A stretch of 50,006 nt of DNA from positions 1 to 50,006 of the IMG/VR virus record IMGVR_UViG_3300029813_000039. The stretch is one strand, 5' to 3'. The position numbers were made by a program, and so were the translations under genes. The notes under the pieces are model-generated. The model did not search any database. It worked only from the letters and a program-made list of their open reading frames with translations, and was not told the DNA's origin. Shown here piece after piece: positions 41,802-49,632 of the stretch (position 1 is its first letter; every line of letters starts with the position of its first letter). This DNA comes from a virus.

Positions 41802-41938
41802 AGATGCTGGCGGTGGCGTGTGTGAAACGCAGCGTTAGTGAGGCAGATTGAGAATAGATAGTATCCACGATATTATCTTGAAGCGTTCTGTAGCAGGTAG
41901 CGGGTTGTGGCCAATCCTGCCCGCCAGCATCTATTTTT
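41802..41938 (+). ncRNA. Structured RNA/DNA element upstream of the primase operon (attenuator, terminator, ncRNA or ori element)
   Basis: 12-bp perfect closing stem AGATGCTGGCGG (41802-41813) / CCGCCAGCATCT (41921-41932) followed by ATTTTTG. Inner helix 41843-41850 / 41912-41920. 10-bp hairpin 41856-41865 / 41869-41878. Confidence 0.45.
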
Positions 41939-41948
41939 GAGGTGTGAT

Positions 41949-42260
41949 ATGAATGATTCAGAAAAAAGATTATTGTGGGTTTATTATACTACCTTCAAAC
42001 CAATTTGGCAAGCTTCATCAAGTTATAATCCTAATATTGGGATAACAGGTCTTTTCAGGATTGCTCCAACTTTTGATTCTATAATAAAAGATGAATCTAT
42101 TTCAATTCAATATTGGGATAGTTATAATGGTTGGAAGCATGATGGTTATGCTTCTTGGAAATTTGTTCAAAAAGTTGTTGATGCTCATCGTGCAGGTAAA
42201 AGATGTTCTGATTTAGCAAATAATTTAGTAAGGCATAAAAGTAAAGTTGTTTGGAATTAA
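41949..42260 (+). CDS. Hypothetical protein
   Basis: ATG 41949 with GAGGTG SD (the track start GTG 41907 lies inside the structured element). Confidence 0.5.
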   Translation: MNDSEKRLLWVYYTTFKPIWQASSSYNPNIGITGLFRIAPTFDSIIKDESISIQYWDSYNGWKHDGYASWKFVQKVVDAHRAGKRCSDLANNLVRHKSKVVWN

Positions 42261-42262
42261 AT

Positions 42263-44560
42263 ATGATTTTAACTTTCGCCGAACAATACGAAGTTTTCAA
42301 GAACAATGTCACCACAAGCATATTAGAACATCTGGTTGAAGAACTTGGTGTTACTATAGAATCCTTAGAAACGCTTGGTGTAGGATATTATCCTGGTGAG
42401 TATGCTTGGGTATTTGCCGAGCGTGATGCTAAAGGTGACATCATTGGTTTACTTAAACGGTACCATAATGGCAAAAAATTCATGGAACCAGGATCTAAAC
42501 GTGGGCTGGTCTATCCTTACAACTCGGATCATGCGGTAGGAGATAAGAAATATGATGCGGGGAGATATGGTTGGGTTCAGATTCACCGAACAGGTCTTGA
42601 GTGCCCCATCTGTGCGAGAAAAGATTGGTGTCGGGTTAGCCCTGATTATGAAGATCGAGAAGGTCCGTCTGCTGTAGCATGTAGCCGTATTAGTAATGAA
42701 TCAGTGCGAGAAATAGCACCTGATGGTTATCTATTCATACTTGATGCTGCGAGGCAAAGTTCTATAACAGGATCAGGTCACTCAGTATTACCACCGACTG
42801 ATTTACCTATCCCTATTGTCGAGGGTGCAAGTGATGTACTCGCGGCGATGTCAATCGGTTTCATTGCTATTGGTCGGCCTTCTGCTGAAGGGGGTATGGA
42901 AATCCTTAAAGAGATGCCTCTTGCGAGTAAAGAGATCTGGATCATAGGTGATAATGATGCTGGTGCTGGTAAAGAAGGAATGCAGAAAACTTACCTCAAT
43001 ATCAGAGGTATGACTGATAATATCAAGTGCATACTTCCACCAAAAGGAATTAAAGATTTACGACAGTGGGTACAACGTGGCCTTACTCAGACTTCATTGT
43101 TTGAGTATGTTGGTGAACATGGCGATGATAATAAAGAAATAAATCCTAATCTGTTTGCAAATGATATAGCTTATCTTATTGCTGAACGATTTATGAATGA
43201 ACATCATATGTTGAATGGAGTACCTATACTTCGCAGCTATCGTGGTCAATGGGTGCAATGGAATAAAGATCATTACGAAGATCTATCAATGGCGATATTC
43301 AAAGGTAGGCTATACAAGTTTCTTGAAGGCAAACAATGTGAAAAAACTAACGCACAAGGTGTAGTAAGTATGATGCCCTATAAACCCACCAGAGCAAAAG
43401 TAAATGATATTATTGATGCTTTGAATACGTGGTGCCCGATAGAACGAGATCCTCCGTGTTGGCTTGACCGCGAAGATCATCCACATCCGAGCGATCTTAT
43501 TATTTTCAAGAACGGTATGCTCGATGTAAATGAATATATGAAAGGTAATATTGTTTTGCATAATTCTAATCCGCGATTATTTACTTATAACATCTTTCCT
43601 TATGATTTTGATGAAGATGTTTGGTCAAATTTGTATGAAGATACTTACAATCAGATATTTAATGAAGATACTGAATGTATCAGGACACTATTACAATGGC
43701 TCGGTTATAATCTTGTACCAGATATGACTTTAGAAAAATTGATGCTTTTTATTGGTGATACAAGATCAGGTAAAAGTACAATCCTTGAAACGTTACATGG
43801 TATGCTTGGTAAAGATCAATATAGTGCTACCAGTTTTCAGGCATTAGCTAACACACATGGACTATATTCACTTATAGGTAAACTTGCTGCCACGCTCGGC
43901 GATGCGAGAACTCCGAGAAGAGGTGAAGCAGATACAGCCCTCCAAACAATATTACAAATAAGTGGCGGTGATCCTGTTACAGTAAATCCCAAATATATAC
44001 AACCATTCGATGTCCATCTGACTTGTCGATTTACTGTAGCCATGAATAATCTTCCTGGTTTCTCAGATCCAGCTAAAGCATTTGTAGCCAGATCCATTGT
44101 TCTTAATTTTCCTAATTCATATGTTGATAGAGAAGATTTCACTTTGAAAAGTCGTTTGAAAAAAGAAGCCAAAGAAGGTAAACTAATTAATTTTGCTTTG
44201 CAGGGTTTGAAAGATCTCAGAGAACAAGGCAAGTTTACTATGCCTATATCTTCTAAACAACTTTTACAACAACTGAAAGAAATTACTGCACCAGTAACGG
44301 CATTTGTAGGTGAGTGTTGTGATAAGATTCCAAATGCTTATATTACCAGGGACCAGTTATTTGAAGTATGGCAGATATGGTGTTATAAAACCGGGCATAA
44401 TGTTGGCAATAAAAATTATTTTGGTCGCTGGTTCAATCAGGCTTGTCCTGGAATTGAGAGTTTTCGTCCTATTATTGACGGGCGAAGACAATACGCATAT
44501 CGTGGGATTACACTCTCTGATTGGGTGTATTCCGCTTATTTAGGTCGCCCTAAAAGTTAG
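42263..44560 (+). CDS. Bifunctional primase-helicase (zinc finger + Toprim domain + D5/P4-type SF3 NTPase)
   Basis: CPICARKDWCRVS...ACSRIS. Toprim IVEGASDVLA...IIGDNDAGAGKEG. Walker A FIGDTRSGKST, with a Walker-B-like region downstream. Confidence 0.75.
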   Translation: MILTFAEQYEVFKNNVTTSILEHLVEELGVTIESLETLGVGYYPGEYAWVFAERDAKGDIIGLLKRYHNGKKFMEPGSKRGLVYPYNSDHAVGDKKYDAGRYGWVQIHRTGLECPICARKDWCRVSPDYEDREGPSAVACSRISNESVREIAPDGYLFILDAARQSSITGSGHSVLPPTDLPIPIVEGASDVLAAMSIGFIAIGRPSAEGGMEILKEMPLASKEIWIIGDNDAGAGKEGMQKTYLNIRGMTDNIKCILPPKGIKDLRQWVQRGLTQTSLFEYVGEHGDDNKEINPNLFANDIAYLIAERFMNEHHMLNGVPILRSYRGQWVQWNKDHYEDLSMAIFKGRLYKFLEGKQCEKTNAQGVVSMMPYKPTRAKVNDIIDALNTWCPIERDPPCWLDREDHPHPSDLIIFKNGMLDVNEYMKGNIVLHNSNPRLFTYNIFPYDFDEDVWSNLYEDTYNQIFNEDTECIRTLLQWLGYNLVPDMTLEKLMLFIGDTRSGKSTILETLHGMLGKDQYSATSFQALANTHGLYSLIGKLAATLGDARTPRRGEADTALQTILQISGGDPVTVNPKYIQPFDVHLTCRFTVAMNNLPGFSDPAKAFVARSIVLNFPNSYVDREDFTLKSRLKKEAKEGKLINFALQGLKDLREQGKFTMPISSKQLLQQLKEITAPVTAFVGECCDKIPNAYITRDQLFEVWQIWCYKTGHNVGNKNYFGRWFNQACPGIESFRPIIDGRRQYAYRGITLSDWVYSAYLGRPKS

Positions 44561-44574
44561 TTAGGAGAATTGAG

Positions 44575-44772
44575 ATGAAAGTAGAAAAAGCAACTTATTT
44601 TGATTTAAGTGATAAAATAAAGTAATTAAGAACCGAGAAAGAACGAATACAATGGCGATTAAATTATATCAAAAACAATCATTCTGATTCAGTAGCCGTA
44701 AAATTTGCTTTAATTGCCAATGACAATGAAATTGATAAAGAATTAGCACTCTTAAAAGGAGAACAGAAATGA
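44575..44772 (+). pseudogene. 65-codon reading frame with one in-frame TAA (44623-44625); nonsense-interrupted or read-through small gene
   Basis: AGGAG SD 7 nt before ATG 44575. After the TAA the frame stays open for 48 codons and ends in an ATGA overlap with the next gene. There is no in-frame ATG/GTG/TTG after the TAA. Confidence 0.35.
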
Positions 44773-45197
44773 CCAAAAAACTAAAAGCATTAATAGTTGT
44801 GTTCTGCACCATTGGGCTTGTTGCCCTATTTGGTTGCAGTTCTGTGATGGACTTGGCTACGCCTTGTCATATCGAATCAGATCTAATTGAATATGTTGAT
44901 GAAAAACCAACAAGTTATCTACCATTTACTACATTGTGGGACGCAGAACGACTTGGATTAAAGTTTGATTACCTACACCAAGTTAAACAAATTGATTATC
45001 AGCGATTGGCTGAAGATGATAATATTTTTGTAGACTATATAACAAGCATACAAGGTCGGCATATCGTCTCAGCAAAACAATTTCAAAAAACAGTTTACAC
45101 ACCAAACGGTCCTGTTGGATTAGCATTGACTACACTTTTTGGTGGTACGTTGGGTGCTGTATTAATTCCGCGTCCAGGTGACAAGAAAAAGGTATAG
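44769..45197 (+). CDS. Lipoprotein with C-terminal transmembrane anchor (unimolecular-spanin-like or exclusion protein)
   Basis: Signal peptide plus lipobox MTKKLKALIVVFCTIGLVALFGC. C-terminal TM GPVGLALTTLFGGTLGAVLIP followed by RPGDKKKV. Confidence 0.6.
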   Translation: MTKKLKALIVVFCTIGLVALFGCSSVMDLATPCHIESDLIEYVDEKPTSYLPFTTLWDAERLGLKFDYLHQVKQIDYQRLAEDDNIFVDYITSIQGRHIVSAKQFQKTVYTPNGPVGLALTTLFGGTLGAVLIPRPGDKKKV

Positions 45198-45217
45198 GCT
45201 AAAAGGAGAGTGGATTG

Positions 45218-45637
45218 ATGAATGATACATGTGGCGATTGTATATATTTTCAATCAGCCTGGCTTTGTAGAAAAGTTAGAAATACAGGTGGTAAGAATAG
45301 TCCAATAAATAATTGTCCTGATTTTGAAAGGAAACCTATGTCAAACATTAAAATCACAGCAGAAGTAGACGGCAAACAAATGCCATTAGAAAACATCAGT
45401 ACAGAAATATTTGAAGCGATTAAGGCGTTGGAGAAGTCGAAGGAGATTCCGGTGACAAGATTGGCTACTTATTCTGGTTCACCGCGTTTATTGTTCAAAC
45501 CAACAGAAAGCATTATACTTGAAGTTGGAAAAATTTATGCCCTTGATCTCAAACGTGGTGTCTCAGTTGTCAAATGGATACCAAAAGACGATAATAAATT
45601 TGTAGGTACAAATTATTCGGATGCTTACATAATATGA
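45218..45637 (+). CDS. Hypothetical protein with N-terminal Cys cluster
   Basis: ATG 45218 with AAGGAGAG SD. CGDCIYFQSAWLC...NNCPDF. Confidence 0.5.
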   Translation: MNDTCGDCIYFQSAWLCRKVRNTGGKNSPINNCPDFERKPMSNIKITAEVDGKQMPLENISTEIFEAIKALEKSKEIPVTRLATYSGSPRLLFKPTESIILEVGKIYALDLKRGVSVVKWIPKDDNKFVGTNYSDAYII

Positions 45638-46005
45638 CCCATTTTCAATCACCATTGCACATAGTATCATGGCTCGGACAGAACTGTACCAGAAAAGCCA
45701 TCTGCCGGGCATTAAACGAGGGTCAGGTTGAGTTCTTTGGTGGGTTCAATCCTATTCCACCAACAACTCATCCTGGTTGGATCATGCGAGTGACATCTGT
45801 TCATGATCGAACTTGGTATGTCGCAGTGATTTGCTATGATTATCGTTATGGTATCAGGATTCTCAGGGATGTACCCTGGGATAAGTGGGTTGGTACGTTC
45901 ATGTGGGGTGGATTTAGAGCACGATTACATAGTGGTGATCATCCGGAAAAGTATTTAGAACTTAGGAGAATATGGAATGAAAACAGGTTATTATTTAATA
46001 ATTAA
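45634..46005 (+). CDS. Hypothetical Trp-rich protein
   Basis: 123-aa ORF, ATGA-coupled. Confidence 0.5.
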   Translation: MTHFQSPLHIVSWLGQNCTRKAICRALNEGQVEFFGGFNPIPPTTHPGWIMRVTSVHDRTWYVAVICYDYRYGIRILRDVPWDKWVGTFMWGGFRARLHSGDHPEKYLELRRIWNENRLLFNN

Positions 46006-46258
46006 GAGATCAAGTAATTCACTTCTTGTTGATAAAACTATTTTTGATTTAGCAACTGATAAAAAAGCAGATCCTATACTTTGGTGTCGTGATGGAATGT
46101 TTTGTTTAATTCCAAAAGAAGTAATTCAGAATGCTATAGATAGGTATGAAATGTCTCAACAAACAGATCTTAAAGTTATATCACCAACATTATCTTTTGT
46201 TTGGAATCAAGGTATCCCGATTAGCAATCTGGCAGGAAGGGCATTACTTGGTGAGTAA
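45977..46258 (+). CDS. Hypothetical protein, last gene of the plus arm
   Basis: 93 aa, AGGAG SD 8 nt upstream. Its 3' end overlaps the 3' end of the convergent minus-strand ORF. Confidence 0.5.
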   Translation: MKTGYYLIIKRSSNSLLVDKTIFDLATDKKADPILWCRDGMFCLIPKEVIQNAIDRYEMSQQTDLKVISPTLSFVWNQGIPISNLAGRALLGE

Positions 46259-46411
46259 AGCAACAATTAATCCAATGATAGCACTAAGTGCAACTCCCCA
46301 GGCCATAATGTTATAACGGAAATGATGGACATCATGATTATTAGACCATATCTCAAGCCGTTCAGTGCGTTCATCGACTCTGATTAACATTTCTTTTTCT
46401 TCATCTGTCAT
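46244..46411 (-). CDS. Small tail-anchored membrane protein (55 aa), last gene of the late arm
   Basis: ATGA-coupled to the 1074-aa gene. MTDEEKEMLIRVDERTERLEIWSNNHDVHHFRYNIMAWGVALSAIIGLIVALLTK has one C-terminal TM helix. Confidence 0.5.
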   Translation of the reverse strand: MTDEEKEMLIRVDERTERLEIWSNNHDVHHFRYNIMAWGVALSAIIGLIVALLTK

Positions 46412-49400
46412 TTTGGCTCTTTTCTTACTGGCACTCGCCGTGCACGCCGTTCCGCTGTTGGTTCTTCTTCGCCATATTTTTTAATCACGTATGGAGAATA
46501 GATTAACCGTTTATAATCATCAGTTTCACCTATCATTAGATCTATCATGCCACCTGTAGTTGTAAGTGCTTGTTGTGGAATCTTACCAGTAAAAGCACCA
46601 ACAGCACCAATACCATGTGTAACTGCCCCACGCACATCACCACGTTTCGCCGCTGCCACACCCCGGACTATTTCTTCTGGTCCTTTGGCCGGTATTGTAG
46701 AAATTTCTGATGTAATTGGATCCCATTCACCTGTTGCAAGATTATATATAAATCTACCACCAAATATTAATGGTGAGATTATATATGAAACAAGATCTAA
46801 TCCCATTTCTTTTGCATCTTTCGGTAATCGGCCACGAGTAATCATACCTAACATCATAGATGGTAAAATTTGGCTAAATAGAAAGCGGTACATAGCCATA
46901 CTTTTGCTAATCTCTCCGGCTCCATATTCACCTAAAATATCATGTCTGAGAGCTTGCCAGTTTTGGTTACGTTGATTCATAAACGTTGTAAAAGTTTTCT
47001 CAGCAAGACCGCCTCTGAAATACCCAGGAAGATCTGTCGCATCAGCCATTGGCTGTGTCGTTTCTACTATATCATCAGCGTATTTAATAGCTTGTTTTTC
47101 TTCTAATCCATCAGCAATCGCAAGATCATAAGCTGAGTTCCAGACTGTAGTAACAGTTTTGCGATCCATCCATGAGATAGGACGCATACTAATTGGAGAT
47201 AAACTTTTTCCTTTGAAGAATTTCCTAATATTCTTGTCATTATATATTGCCCGCAAATCTCGTTCCCAACTTCTGTTTCTGACCAGTGGAGATTTGGTTT
47301 TTGCTCTTTCCTCAAGCCGTTTAGCTACTCTGGGATCTGCCATAACATTTATAGTTTTAAGTATGGACGGGAGCATAGCAGGACGTTTGGCTACAGCATT
47401 AGAAAGTGAAATAGCTTGCTTGGGCATAACTGTTATTACTTTTGCGCCAAGTGTATAAATTATGGCGTTACGTCTGAGTTTTTTTATTCTTCGTTCAACA
47501 CCGGTTGTATTATAATCAGATGTACCTCGTGCTGAATCAGCAAGCCACCTTTTGAATATCTTTACACCCTGGTCTTTAGTGGCGGCATTCAGATTTCTTT
47601 TGAATTTAGGATTCTCGATTAAACTATTAACTCTTTTAGCGGTTGGGGCAACATTAATAAATCGTTCAAGTGATCGAGATGCTTGAGATGTGATACTGAA
47701 AATATCAAGGTTTATATCTTTGATAGCACCGGTTCTCTTTATAACATGTTTTTTACCAGGTATGGTAAGACCGAATTGTGAAGTAAATTCTTGAAGAATG
47801 TCTGCGGTGCCTTCTTCATAACCTTTATTAAGGAGCATGGTAATATAGTTTTCTTCACGAACTACACCTTTAATATCAAGCTGATCAACAGTATCAAAAA
47901 ATCGTGGCCCCATTGTATCGAAATATGCCCGATGTTGTCGATAGATAAACATAAGATCATCATCTTTTTCAACGTATTCTTGAATAGATTTAATCGCTGT
48001 ATCAGGATCTATACCATCTTCTTTGAACATTGCCTCAATATCAGCACGAGCTTTTGGGTTTTGGGCCAGATAATAAATTCCAACATGTTCAGCATCAGAC
48101 AATGGAAAATCTTTTACAATTTCTGGTTTGGCTTTTTTCTTAAACATCTTACCAACATCAATACCCTGTTCCTGAGCAGATTCTCGTAAACTCCACATCA
48201 ACTGATTTGAAGCATCTTTGGCCCTTACAGTTGCAGCTTTTACAGGTTCTTGAATAATTCGTGAAAGGGAACCATCATTTTTATATCCATCTAACATACG
48301 GCATATATTTTTCATGCGGTCTTGATTGAGTAAATAAGATTGTCCTAATTCACCAATTTTATCAGCCGTTTTCAAAATACTGGATCTACGTCTAATAGCA
48401 CCGCGAGATAGTGGTTTCTTGTAATGCTTTAATGATTGAAGTTGTTTATTAAGTTCTTTAATAGGTTGAAATACTTGTGCTACTTTATTCAAATCAATGT
48501 CAGCTTCATCAGCATCTTTACGAAGTTGCCACATGAAATCTTCTTTTTCTTGTAAATTCATATCAGCCATTGAACGCTTACCAGTAAGAGATTCCATATA
48601 ACTTCTGCGTTCTTCTTCCTGCATACCAAGAACTTTAGGTAAAGCATGACCATACATGTTCAAATCCAGTTCATCCATAGCTTCTGGTATTGATTCAGAT
48701 ACTTTAGTACCCATTTGTATTCGTCCAGCACCACCAAGCACGCCGCCAGCTACAGCACCACCAAGAGCAGCTTCACCAAGACGTTCACCCAATGCCCAAT
48801 AATCTATAGTACCATCTTCTTTTTTAGGATATTCACCCCTAAATAAAGCAGGAACACTAATAGAAACACCTTCTTGTAAGGCTTCTTCAATTCCTTCTTC
48901 AACCGAATGGCGTAAAATTTCTGCACCAAACTGCTTACCAGTTGTAAACATTTGTTTGTATGCTTTATCTTTGATAAGTTGTACAAAACCTTTAACAGAA
49001 TATTTGCCAGCTTTATGAAATTTCATCAGTTGGCCGATTTGCAAGGCTTCAATACTGGCATTAATAGACCCTACAATTACACGTTCTCTTTGGGCTTGTC
49101 CTTCGGATGATCCACTTGCGATAGCTGCATCATAAGCGTTATCACCTTCAACCATAAACCCAACTGTGGCAGCACCGATTGGACCGACAGCATATCCAGC
49201 AGCCATAGCATTAGCCATATAAGGGATAGCTTCACCGATCACTCGACCAGCCCATGCACCAGTACCACCATGAGTCATAGCGAATCGTTCTTGAGCAGCT
49301 ACAATGTTTGCTTTGACTTTTTTAAGTTGACCGGCGGCTTTTTCTCTTTCTTTTTTAGAAACAAGTGCGGGAGTAGTTGCCCATGTTGGCCTTGTACGGG

Positions 49401-49632
49401 CGAGCACTTCGGCAGTTCCTATAGCACCTTTAGCAACACCAAGTTCACTTGAAACAAGACCTTTGCCAAATTCAGTAACAGTACCACCAAGTAGAGTTGG
49501 TTCTTCCCACGTTCCAGTTGCACCAGCACCACGAAACTCACCTCCGGCTTCAGGAATAGATTCAGCTTTCCAAGCCTTAAATCCATCTGTTTCAATTTGT
49601 TTATTTTCAACCTGCCAGTCTTCGTATGCCAT
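46408..49632 (-). CDS. Very large virion-associated (internal/ejection-type) protein with hydrophobic segments
   Basis: Start probably ATG 49632 (TAATG coupling); the track start is TTG 49641. 1074 aa. Gly/Ala-rich hydrophobic stretches near both ends (AIPYMANAMAAGYAVGPIGAATVGFMV; ILPSMMLGMITRG; IISPLIFGG). No lysozyme motif recognised. Confidence 0.55.
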   Translation of the reverse strand: MAYEDWQVENKQIETDGFKAWKAESIPEAGGEFRGAGATGTWEEPTLLGGTVTEFGKGLVSSELGVAKGAIGTAEVLARTRPTWATTPALVSKKEREKAAGQLKKVKANIVAAQERFAMTHGGTGAWAGRVIGEAIPYMANAMAAGYAVGPIGAATVGFMVEGDNAYDAAIASGSSEGQAQRERVIVGSINASIEALQIGQLMKFHKAGKYSVKGFVQLIKDKAYKQMFTTGKQFGAEILRHSVEEGIEEALQEGVSISVPALFRGEYPKKEDGTIDYWALGERLGEAALGGAVAGGVLGGAGRIQMGTKVSESIPEAMDELDLNMYGHALPKVLGMQEEERRSYMESLTGKRSMADMNLQEKEDFMWQLRKDADEADIDLNKVAQVFQPIKELNKQLQSLKHYKKPLSRGAIRRRSSILKTADKIGELGQSYLLNQDRMKNICRMLDGYKNDGSLSRIIQEPVKAATVRAKDASNQLMWSLRESAQEQGIDVGKMFKKKAKPEIVKDFPLSDAEHVGIYYLAQNPKARADIEAMFKEDGIDPDTAIKSIQEYVEKDDDLMFIYRQHRAYFDTMGPRFFDTVDQLDIKGVVREENYITMLLNKGYEEGTADILQEFTSQFGLTIPGKKHVIKRTGAIKDINLDIFSITSQASRSLERFINVAPTAKRVNSLIENPKFKRNLNAATKDQGVKIFKRWLADSARGTSDYNTTGVERRIKKLRRNAIIYTLGAKVITVMPKQAISLSNAVAKRPAMLPSILKTINVMADPRVAKRLEERAKTKSPLVRNRSWERDLRAIYNDKNIRKFFKGKSLSPISMRPISWMDRKTVTTVWNSAYDLAIADGLEEKQAIKYADDIVETTQPMADATDLPGYFRGGLAEKTFTTFMNQRNQNWQALRHDILGEYGAGEISKSMAMYRFLFSQILPSMMLGMITRGRLPKDAKEMGLDLVSYIISPLIFGGRFIYNLATGEWDPITSEISTIPAKGPEEIVRGVAAAKRGDVRGAVTHGIGAVGAFTGKIPQQALTTTGGMIDLMIGETDDYKRLIYSPYVIKKYGEEEPTAERRARRVPVRKEPK

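Noticed and set aside
41802-41932. tRNA or tmRNA-like gene in the 41751-41948 gap
   Set aside because: The closing stem encloses 107 nt, far longer than a tRNA. No D-loop or T-loop (GTTCRANYC) consensus is visible. It is reported instead as an unclassified structured element.
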